64,000 nt of DNA from Azolla caroliniana (lineage: Eukaryota; Plantae; Polypodiophyta): contig JBHGNT010000002.1 of the NCBI GenBank assembly GCA_043228905.1, positions 18,538,001 through 18,602,000 of the forward strand, written 5' to 3'. A program made the position numbers and the translations under genes. Under the pieces are notes generated by a model. It searched no databases and was not told the DNA's origin. It saw only the letters and a list, made by a program, of their open reading frames with translations. This document shows positions 35,900 to 46,537 of this stretch, one piece after another; position 1 is the first letter of the stretch, and each line of letters begins with the position of its first letter.

Positions 35900-38761
35900 T
35901 CACTCCATTAGGAGGTATGGAACAAGTTGCTCTCCAAGATCAGCTGATAGTGGTGCTGCATCAACATGTTTTGTCTCCTCAATTGAATCTTGCATATGAT
36001 CAGAACCCGATGCATCTTCAAGGTCGACAAGGTCACCTTCTTCCTCTTCTATAGGTTTTATCGTCTCTCTAGAGGCCAACTGAAACATCTTTGTTTCATT
36101 GATATGCTTTGCCCCAAGCTCTTGGTCCTGGTTGGGACAATCCCAGATGGCTTGGATCCTCATCTTAATAAAATTGACTTGGTCGGGGTCCTTTTCTAAT
36201 GTGACGCAATTCCTAAACAGTTTAAGAGCACATGCAATCGTTGTTCCTAAATAAACAATCACACATACAAAAGTAAGAAAACAGGACAAGAAATTATATT
36301 TCATTTTTAGAAAATTTGATGAAACTTATGAGATTACCTGTTCCAGAAAATAAGTCGAGAACCCAATCATCAAGGTTCAAGAACAACGCGAATAATCGAT
36401 TAATCAATCGATGGGGCTTTTGATAAGGGTTTACTAAACTCTTATCGCCAGACACGTGGCGCAATTTCTTCGTTACAACTGGGCACATGATATAGTTGAC
36501 AACGTTCCGCTCATTAACATGTGCCTGAGCCTTCTTCTTAGAAATTGCGTCATAGTAGCCCACACACATGTGCTCCACAGCGCTCACCATTCGATCACCC
36601 GGGGTACGAGTTATGTTTGTTTTAACCCTATTGTATAATTGAATCAAAACAAGTTAATAAATATGTAGTAAGAAACATAGAATCCATACACTAAATATAT
36701 AGTACTTAACATAATGCTTACCAATGCATATGTTCGGTGGCATGGCATCTCGACTTCAATGCAGTCGTGACCGATAACGCTTGACCCATACTATGAAATA
36801 TAACAATACGCCATAGTGGTGCAAGGGTCAACTCCGCAAAGTCCTTAACCATCTTCTCTATTTACGGATATTTTTATGGCACATCATCGTATGTCGAGCC
36901 TGATATTCTGAAGCCATACGGTATATCAGCCACGAGCAATGTATAATGTCTCTTGGGTAATATGTCAAGCATATTACCCACATCACCATTATATACATTG
37001 TAATACAATTGTCGGAAAGGATCACTCTTGTGCAAAAAGCTTTTTACGGTATCTGAGTCCTCAGGCACCTCGAGCTCCTCTCCTTTTGTCATCCGTTTCT
37101 CATATTTAGCTCGTTCCAAATAGGTGATGAAGGCACTACGTATGCCTTCATTTCTGTCACTATTCTTTTGAACGAGGTGGTTTCTGTAATTATAAATTTC
37201 GTAAGAAGAAACCCATTATCCAAAAATCAATTAATATTTGTAGAACATACATACCCATTCTCTAAACACGATAAAGAAATCTTCAACAACCTTGTAAGAT
37301 GATGTTTGTGGGCAAGATTGCTCCACTTTTTCCCAAGTAGGCAGGGACAATTTTTTCATCATCAGCTCTTGAATCTTCATATATACCTTATGGCTAAAAA
37401 CCAAAAGAAATTAAAATTAGAATAAAGAACAAATCAACCAAGCAACCAAATCAAAATGACACATGCACATAGATGACTCACTTTTCAAACTCTATGACCA
37501 TTTCGTCAAGGCTAAACTCCTTGGCGGCCACTCTTGATAATACAGATATCAATAATCTGTCATCCTTAATTCCTTGCAGTGACCGCCAAAGAAGTAGCTT
37601 CATATCTTCGGGTAACTCTTCAATTACTAAGTCACGTTTACGTGACTTGGATTTCATCTCCACTTGTGGGTCGAGCTTAGGCTTCTTTGATTTTTGACCC
37701 TTTATTTCTTTACGCTCCCACATACTAAAAGTGCGATCTTGAAGGTCCCACACCTCCCTTGTTCTAAAGGCAAGTTGAAACCATGAGTCATATTTTCTTA
37801 GGCCTTTAGACTTGGTGCTTTCGTAAATTGTTATCCCCACTTCAAGCAGACATTGTCGTCGCAATCCATGAAGTAGCCGTGGACCAAATATTTGCAGCAC
37901 ATCAAGGTACTCATGATGGAAGAACCTGATGTGCTCGATACATGACATCTTTTGTCTATAGTCATTATCGTTGTTATGATCCCAAGTTGACAACTTGGCT
38001 TCTTCATGTGTAAGGCATGCGTACACTTTACATTTTGTAGACTTGAAGAAAGGGGTAAGAGGATACTCCTTGACCAGTTGGCGTCGGGCTTCAGTATGTG
38101 GGATCCTCCAATCACATAGTATGTGTAGTCATCTGCTGAACTGTACTTGAAGTCAACAACAATAGGGCATTGATCTAGGTCGACCATTACTAAGAATGGC
38201 ACTACAGTCGCATGTGGATTAATCTTCATTTTGCTTTTTAAGTTCTGCACATGCACTGAATGTGGCCCTCTAATTTTTAGAGCCTGTCTTCATGTCTCTG
38301 GATCGATGGGTGGTTGTTGAATAAAGCAGATTGGTAAGTGAAATAATTGTCCTTTACGGACAAGGTTCGTCTTTACAATATTTTCTCTGCTCTGAGGTGA
38401 GTATCCCCGATGAAATGTGGCCCCCTGGAGGAATAACTTCGAGCTCGGCTTCTTCCTCCTCATCTTCTATAAACTCGAGACCTCCGACTTGTCCTCTTTT
38501 GGTTACTGCCTTTTCTTGTACTTCTTATGTTCTGGTTTTGGACTTCTTGGCAGACTTTGGTGGGGTTGTTGCTTGTGTGACCATCAGCTCTCCCTTAATG
38601 TACGGGCGCAAAGCAACAATCAAGTTGTTTTTTGTCTGAACATCCTTTTTTAGGGCTTTAGGGTGGTAGGAGTCAGTTATGAAATTGCATTCATCGATCT
38701 TGACTCTGCGAAACCCCGCCGAGCTATCAACATCAAAGAAGAGGTTCGATGAGTCGTTGTC
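35900..38761 (-). pseudogene. ParB/Srx-like domain fused to a beta-class N6-adenine/N4-cytosine DNA methyltransferase; 5 exons, 5'-truncated, decayed
   Basis: Inferred exons 38761-37482, 37393-37255, 37183-36722, 36627-36338, 36246-35900 with four GT-AG introns. Motifs: YYVIGGSH.TEARRQL...VYACLT.EEAKL...DHN; LLVADIPYG; HWVK; NPYQKPHRLINRL; WVLDLFSGT/GTTIACALKLFRNCVTLEKD. Several stops and frameshifts. Confidence 0.85.
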
Positions 38762-38770
38762 TTCCTAACA

Positions 38771-39380
38771 TTTTCTTCTTAACAAAAAATATGTGTGCAC
38801 CAGCAAGAGATCTTGAATGTTGGATAAACCCATTTGCCAAGTTCTCATTGCTATATTCCCGAATAACCCTTAGCTCCGTGGGCAAAAGGTTATAAATTGG
38901 CCCTCATGGAGGCTCTTTTTTGGGCTGCAAATCAATCGGGCAATCATATGGTTGATGCTCTAGTAGTCTATTGGCCTTCACCTTATCGAACACAGGAGAA
39001 TTCTTTATACTTCTTCGGTAGTTGGACCCTTAATTCTTGTGAGCTTGATGTGGGAGTTGCTAAAACTACGAACACAAACATGTCTTCCTTCCGTCCTTCC
39101 TAACATAACTGATGTACAGAGATTGTTGAAATCTTTCAAAATCTCACATCCCTTGTGGGAGTTTTAAGAGACTCAAACTGTATTGTGACCTCTTCAATGG
39201 TTCTTTTTCTCCAATCAATAATTGGGTTATGTAGCTCAAACCGTGGAAGACCAAGAACTAGGGAGTGCTCTAGACTACTGATGATGTTGAACGAGATGAC
39301 ACTAGCCAAATTGCCTAAGACTACACGAATTAGTTTAGACTCTTCAACTATATCACCTGTATTCGTATCGTGATTGACTA
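38771..39380 (-). mobile_element. Chromovirus protease/RT fragment (upstream half of the element split by the copia insertion)
   Basis: [34 protein letters not shown]; homologous to about 3700-4280. Confidence 0.88.
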
Positions 39381-39789
39381 TTTTAGTTAGTACAGTTATG
39401 GTAGAACAACATTATAGAGAACAATATTATCAACACAAGTGCTCAAAATTCCTATAACTAAAAACTATATTAACTGAAAACAAACGATAGTATTACAATG
39501 CTTTCGGTTCCTTTTTATAGGTAACCTGAAGACTTCCTCATCAAGAACTATATTTTGCCTTGTTGACAAGAACTACGAAATAACTAACTTAAATATTCAT
39601 AATTATTATTTTGTCGGCAAAATTGCTGACTTATCGATCCGCCTAGTTGATCCGACTTTATAGTTTCTGAACCTTGTCGACTTCGACGCTTTCATACTTG
39701 TCCAACACATTCCCTGACTAGCTAACAATGCTTAATCAACCTCTTGTCGCAAATTCTCTATTACGGGATAATGCAAGAAAAGTGTTGGG

Positions 39790-41200
39790 CCTTAGAACTC
39801 ACCTTGCCTAGGGTAAATTCGATAATGGGCCTGCGTTCGTAAACACCAAGATTTAATTCTAGTAGATGCCAAGATAATGATTGCTGCCATTTTAGTGGCA
39901 TATTCCTCGCTTTCTACAACCTTCCAACCTAGGGAAGAACATTTTTGGTTTGGATGCTTCATAAATGACACATTGTTGGTTGTCAAGGGTGTCTCACCTA
40001 ATGGGTGCATTACGTATTTTGAGGTTCTTGACAACATCAAATTCCAACGTTATGCCTTTGACTGCAACTACCTACAACACGTGCAAAGTGCACCAATCAT
40101 AGTGGTTGCTAAAACTGGAAAAAAGTGGTTGCTTGATCCTTATCCTTCCATCGCTCACATGTGTGATATGATGTGGTTATATGCAAAATAACTTGTTGCA
40201 ATATCATTATGGGATCCGGGGGGTTGGTTCTGGTCATACTCCTTGGGGGAACAGATCATAAAGGCTCCCTTCTTTCAGTATTTAGTGAAAGTCATTACTG
40301 ATGTCTCGGAATGTAATGGTACCAGCAACTCAAAAGCATTGGACTAACTAGGGTGTAACTTCAACTTTGTAGTTGAAAACCTACTGGAGATGGATTTGGT
40401 CTTTCAAGGGGGCCACTAAATTTATTCTCTTCAAATGGCTATTAGTGCATGCAACATTACTAGTTGACCAGTCATTGAAAGGGAATGTGGCACCTAATCT
40501 CAAGCAATGTGGCTTTTACAATGGAACTCAGGAGACTACCAAACATTCCCTCTAGTCTTGTCTCGTGGCTCAACAAGTATGGAATAAAGTTCTTTCTTAT
40601 TCCTAACTATCACTGTTGGTTGCTTGTTCTCATGGGGAGCAATGGTGTGGAGAGTTTTATTCACATTCTAGCTTGATGTTGTATGAGGTAGACGATGTTC
40701 ATTCATGAAGCCATGACAGTACATAAAAGAAGATTGATATCAGTTAGTCCGTTCAGCAACCTCAAAAGTAGGTGCGATCCGTCCATGTCTGGAACACGGT
40801 GACTACAGGAACATTAGGGGTATTATGGAAATGTAGATGTAGTCGACTTTATGATGCAGCAAATCTTGGTCCTTCAGATGTATTGTAGTAGTCTGTGGGC
40901 AGTATGATAATATGCATGGTTGTCTAGAAAATGTTCATAAGAGAAGGGAGAAGCTTCTTCGCTTATGGAGAAAATTACCTCTCTTTGTAGTGTCAAACCA
41001 AGGGCCTCAATGGAACAATCGACCTCCATGGACCCTTTCTTGAATATCAGTACACCATGGCAATGTACCACATCAAGTTTCAACACCCCTTTATAAATTG
41101 TTTTTGTACAGGTTTCGGTGTATATACAATGTCTTTTATTGTACGTTGTAAGCCTCTAGGCAAATAACTTCAAGTTGTCGCCTTCATACGTTTTTTAATA
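39790..41200 (+). mobile_element. Degenerate L1-type LINE, ORF2 3' region
   Basis: zf-RVT-like WRWIWS...KFILFKWLLVH...C...ETTKH.L..C..AQQVW at 40373-40590; boundaries approximate. Confidence 0.55.
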
Positions 41201-42495
41201 CTATTGAAGAAAATCTTCCAAGGAAAAAAAAGAAGATTGGCAATTATGATCTTTCCAGTTTTGATATACATGTATGTCTATTGAACAAGGTTGTTGATAT
41301 TTATGTGGCAAAAATCTGTGGAACGTTAGATAACATACATTCATAATCAACAAAATATAATATTGCATGAGGTACACAAAAGATGCACAACATATGTGAG
41401 GTATTGTATGGGCCCACATTTTTTCTATGTATTGATGCTTGAGAAATCCCTTAATGATAAGTAGAACTTTGAGTATTTCAAAGAAGAAATATCCCATGAA
41501 CAAATAATATGAACCATTATATTTTTCGTAACTTCTGCTACACAATTATATATGTTTCATTTGTGTAAGGATGCATGGGAAATCCCTCAATCGTAAGCAA
41601 ATTTTGAAGGAACCCTATCATTGTGTTGTAAACTCTAGTTCACAATTTTTGTAAACCTTGGTGAAATTCTGAAATTCGTCATTTCAAGGAAAGAACCACT
41701 TAAATCTATAGATATTTCCAAGAAACATTGAAAACCATCAATCAACCATTTAGAATGTCCTATGCATTGGAACATGGGAAGATGATGGATACAGACGGGC
41801 AAACCAACATTATGAACACATCCGACCATAATGCACACAATGCATTACACGTATGTGATCCAGCCTTCTACTTTAGGCATATGTTTGTAGATTGAGAACA
41901 CACATTTGGCTCCATGAATCATATATGAAGACTTGTAACGTGGACAAGTCGAAATCTTGTCTTTGTAGAGCATGGATTAATTTTTGTATTCAAAAACACT
42001 ATGAAATACATCAAAATACTTATTAAAATTACCGAACGAGGAACAAGTTGGGGCATCTAGGAGAGGGAATCGATATAAGCATCACCAACGTTCAATATAT
42101 TGAATGATATCAGTTGGTGCATAAACACAAACAAGCTATACATACGATTATCCCATTGTAGTTGACCGCGACGTCCATGTGAGTATGGTGTACATCCCTT
42201 TAGAGAGCACCAAAGGTTTCGAAAAAAAGGATGGGTCACCATAAGGGCCATGGTAGAATGATACCCTGCATTAATCCCATCACAACAGAGAGAGGAGAGG
42301 AGAGGAGGATAGCCCTTAAATATGAATGCAAAAAGAAAAAAGAAGAGTCCCATCCCATTCACACACCCCTAAGTGGGCAAAGAGCAGCAGGTGGGCATGT
42401 CTCCTTGTCCAAAGGGAAGGGAAGGTAATTAAGCATTGTTTGTCCAAAGGGAGGGGAAGAAGCTATTAAAAGAAAGACAAAATAAGAAGAAGAGC

Positions 42496-43566
42496 CTAGT
42501 GCCAATCCATGTGCTTTCGGAGGAGGAGCAGGAGGAGCAGGAGATCGGCTTCAGAAGAACTGCCACCATCCGATCTTCTCCACAACCCTAATTGTAGGTC
42601 CACGAACTGCAACCTCATGGGATGGTTCAGAGATGCACCCCAAACAGGCCGGCATTGCAAGCAAGCGAACGACACAAGCTCAGCCACATGATGATGGTGA
42701 TGGTGATGGTGATGGTGATGGTGATGGTGATAATGGCTGTAGGTGAGGAGGTCGGAGTGGAAGAGTAGGGGGAGTGTGGATGTGGATGCCGGATGTGGTA
42801 ATGTCGGCCGCAGCTCCTGCTCCTGAAGCCACCGGATGTCGGGCGATGCCCTCAGCAAGCATGTGATGCGGCCGTCGCTTCGCCTCACGGCCGACCAATG
42901 GAGGCTGTAATTGGCGGCATGCCCCGCCTGGAAAGGCAGCTCATAGAAGAGCTCCCCTTGGTAAAAGCAAGGTGTCAGAACATGGCGAGGCAGCAAAGCC
43001 CCTGTTCCCCCATCACCACCACCACCACCACCACCATCCAACATATCTGAATCTCCAACCCTCCAATAATGCATTCTTCCTCCTTGGACACTGCTGTTTA
43101 TTATACTGTCTCTGCTGCTTATCGCTGTCGACACCACGACATTCCCTTTGTAACGCAGATCCACGAAGAAGGTCAAATCGTCCCATGACGCCAGATTTAG
43201 CCGCATCTCACCACATAATTCTTCTGCCCCCTTCTCATCTATGCCGCAACTGCCCGGACATCGCTTCATCGAAGATCGCCATTGTAACATTGCCCCCGCC
43301 CGCCTGCACCTCTCCCTTCCATCTTTCTCCTCTAGTGACCTCTTCGAGTAGAAGACCCTGTAGCCCCCCATCCCTTTTATGGCCTTCTTCCCCACCGCTC
43401 GCCTATCGCAACCCGGCCACTTCTCGATGCATAAGCTCCTCCACAGGTGCTCGCTGCAGCCCACTTCGTTCCATAGCTTGCTGCAACAGCATGATATTGC
43501 CAGATCACGGGCACTCATCTGCAAGAATACAAGCTGCAGAACCTCCACACTAGTAGTCCCCTCCAT
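42496..43566 (-). CDS. Single-exon F-box protein, 356 aa (resembles the At5g04010-type F-box group)
   Basis: Intact ORF. N-terminal F-box EVLQLVFLQMSARDLAISCCCSKLW...LWRSLCIEKWP, then GGYRVFY and DLTFFVDLRYKG; GC-rich, with poly-Gly and poly-His tracts. Confidence 0.88.
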   Translation of the reverse strand: MEGTTSVEVLQLVFLQMSARDLAISCCCSKLWNEVGCSEHLWRSLCIEKWPGCDRRAVGKKAIKGMGGYRVFYSKRSLEEKDGRERCRRAGAMLQWRSSMKRCPGSCGIDEKGAEELCGEMRLNLASWDDLTFFVDLRYKGNVVVSTAISSRDSIINSSVQGGRMHYWRVGDSDMLDGGGGGGGDGGTGALLPRHVLTPCFYQGELFYELPFQAGHAANYSLHWSAVRRSDGRITCLLRASPDIRWLQEQELRPTLPHPASTSTLPLLFHSDLLTYSHYHHHHHHHHHHHHHHVAELVSFACLQCRPVWGASLNHPMRLQFVDLQLGLWRRSDGGSSSEADLLLLLLLLRKHMDWH

Positions 43567-44239
43567 CGATGGGTAACCTAACCCTAGATCTAGAGATTAA
43601 AGCCGGCCCAATCAACCGATGCGATGCCTGAACCTCTCTCCGCTCATCTAAGTGTAATTGCACATAGATGGTCCTGAGACGATTACTGTGTATAAGTATA
43701 GGCTCATTCTTGCTATCTAGCAGGTACTATTTGTTTAAGCGTTCTTCTTCCTTCAGCATTTCTGCAAAGGAGAAGAAGGGTCAGATCCAACGGGATATAA
43801 TAAGATCTAAAGTAATCTCTGATCTAAGTTTCTTTCATTGTCCGTCGTCTGTCTGAACCTTTTCACTGCTGTGAATACGATTGGTGACTGTTACTGTGGG
43901 TAAGAGAGAGAGATGAAATGCACCGAATCATTTTCCGTTTTGGCGCTATGCACCTCCGGGCTTCGAATAATGAATTGACTAATCCAATTCCTGCTTCTCG
44001 AAGAGAAAGAAAGGGTAGGAAAGGATTCCCTTTATGTGTGCATATTACATAGATTAGCTTTTTAAGATCCAATCATCATCCAAGGTGCCACTGCCATATG
44101 TATATGATATGTATACAGTATGTATATGAGACTGGGCCTAGGCCCTAGCCCATGGCTAGGATCCAAACTTTGGGTTCTCTTAATTTTATGACTTGGATGG
44201 TGCGCTGTAAACCACCAGGCCTATATACTTTAATATAAT

Positions 44240-44257
44240 ATATACATACATACATAC

Positions 44258-44295
<38 letters not shown>

Positions 44296-44306
44296 AGAGA
44301 GAGAGA
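44240..44306. repeat. Compound microsatellite (TACA)n(TA)n(TG)n(AG)n upstream of the F-box gene
   Basis: Read directly from the sequence. Confidence 0.9.
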
Positions 44307-46537
44307 AAGAACATTGATAGATTTTATTGTAGTTTTCAGAGATAATATAATAAAGACATATCAAAACAAAACTATAACATTTTTTAGTAGCGACTCCCGT
44401 TGTTCAAGAACTTTACTAATGAATGTCATTATTAAGAGTGCACATACTGATTGTCGGAGAAATTTGTGCAAGGAGGATGTGTGGAAAGCACAGACCAATG
44501 TGATCAATGTAGAGAATTCTGTCACAGTGTGATACTCTCAAAACATTTAGGTTAAAGTGTGCATAGTCGATTACTCTCATCACTTGTGCTCCAACACCCT
44601 ATCTCACACCCATATTGAGTGTGACCTAAGTTGCATGGAAGCAATGGATTGGATGGCAAGGCAACAAGATGGGCTCTAACTTGTATTGATGTTTGTGGTT
44701 TCCATGTTTAGTGAAAAACATGGTCTTAAAGTTAGGTGCAACATTTGTAGTATACACGTGCAACATGAACATGAGCCTCCACATTTTCCTCATGGCATGA
44801 TACTTTGGCGTTGAATAAAACATCGTTTATTAGGGAATGTATTGATGTATCATGAAGCAAGTGTGTTACATCCCAATTTCCAAACCATTTCCCCATAGCT
44901 TGCATCCAACAAGAACACAAAAGTTTCCTTTTATGCGTCTTTTGAATCTTTTTGATGGCGTCCCATGCGAGTCTTTGAAGTTGATGTAGGGGACTTTTTT
45001 TTAACCTTAAGCATATATTTGATAACCCTTTCCAAGGGGCAATGTGATTTCAATAGGAAATTATCCCATCGCAAGAAGTAAAGGAGCGTATGGTGTTTGT
45101 TTCTTGTCTCGGCGAAACCTTATAAGAAAATGCTTTTGGACATTTTCGAACACTTTTTAAGTGAACTCAAGGATCGTATGATCCTATACTTCCACCCCTT
45201 CGAGAAAACTGTATCGCCAAAGTGTTAAAACAATATTTCTTGAGGTTTCAACACTTAGTTTCTACATGATTGCACGCATGCGTTCTCAAATTTTGGCTTA
45301 CAAAAGAAGAAGAAGAATTACAAATGGAACTTGTTTCTTTTGCTCAAATGAAGTGGAGTATTGTACACCAAACAACCCTATCGTGAATGAATATATAGAT
45401 CTAATTGTAGATAATGCATTATCCTCTAGGAAAACCATTATTTAGTAAGGGAAGAACAAGGTTTGGTCTTCTACCCTAAATTGAGGCCAATATTTAGAAG
45501 GGTGGTCCACCTTGTTATGAATGGACATATAATATAATGACAAGGATATGGTTTCATCTCTTAGGGCTCTGCCTTAAAAAGACAAATGTTTATAAAGATG
45601 AGATGAAGGTATTGTCCCTAGGTCTGCCTTAAGAAGAGGGCAATACTTGGAAGTGGGGGATTTGTCAATCGATGCGTGAGGAAGCACAAGATATTCTTTC
45701 CTAAGGTTCATTCAACTTCTCACGAACCATGACCATACCATCATGGCATTTGACTAAATGTATTTTATGGATTTTTATGAATACACACTAATGGCTTAGT
45801 TTGACGTGTCATTTAATTTTTGGGATTAGTCTGATGATGTGGTTACAAGTTACAACGGCATGATTAGTGTAGCAACCCTTTGGATCTTTTGTGCATAGAT
45901 GTGCACAAGTTCTAAAATTGTTGGGGTTTCTATGTTCTATTAGCATATCTAAAAGCTTTGTATTGCTAATATTCCAAAGAAGTGTTTTTTTGGGAAAAAA
46001 AAGGCTTTGTAGTATTACTTGCATGGCACTTGTACTTGAATAAGCTGTTTGTAAAAAATTCAAGATTTCCAAACAATGGATACAATGATGTGAAATAAAT
46101 ATGCCAAATGTTGTATTACAATAATAAAATAAACCGAAAGTAGCCAATTTAAAAATAAAATTAGAGGAAGGATAGCTATGATCAGTGTTGGGCAAAGTTT
46201 GTAGCCTCTACCGGAAATTTTCCTGCTTCTCATGAACCTAACCGGAATTTTTAAATTTTGGCCGGCCACGTTCCTACCAACGACAATGTCAACCGGAAAA
46301 TGTTGAAATTTTTTTTGGCCGCATAACCAAAAAAAATCTAATGCAATACCAAATCAAATCAATCACAAAATTTTGGAACCCAAAAACTAAAGATATATAT
46401 TTACCAAAAAAATTTCTAACTTTATAAACATAATTCACTTTTCAAACCTTTGTAAAGTAGCATTAACAACATATTAGATCAAATTAGATGTAATATATAG
46501 AAAGTTCCAAAACAAAATCGATCACATTTATAAAGTT

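Noticed and set aside
35900-38761. Bacterial or phage contamination explaining the MTase
   Set aside because: It has four AT-rich GT-AG introns, one splitting motif I, and is embedded in plant retrotransposons.
39381-39727. Additional solo LTR
   Set aside because: It has a TAACA-type right end and LTR-like composition, but no left terminus or TSD could be established.
42972-43553. Plus-strand His/Pro-rich ORF
   Set aside because: Antisense shadow of the GC-rich F-box CDS; its His run is the complement of the poly-Gly codons.
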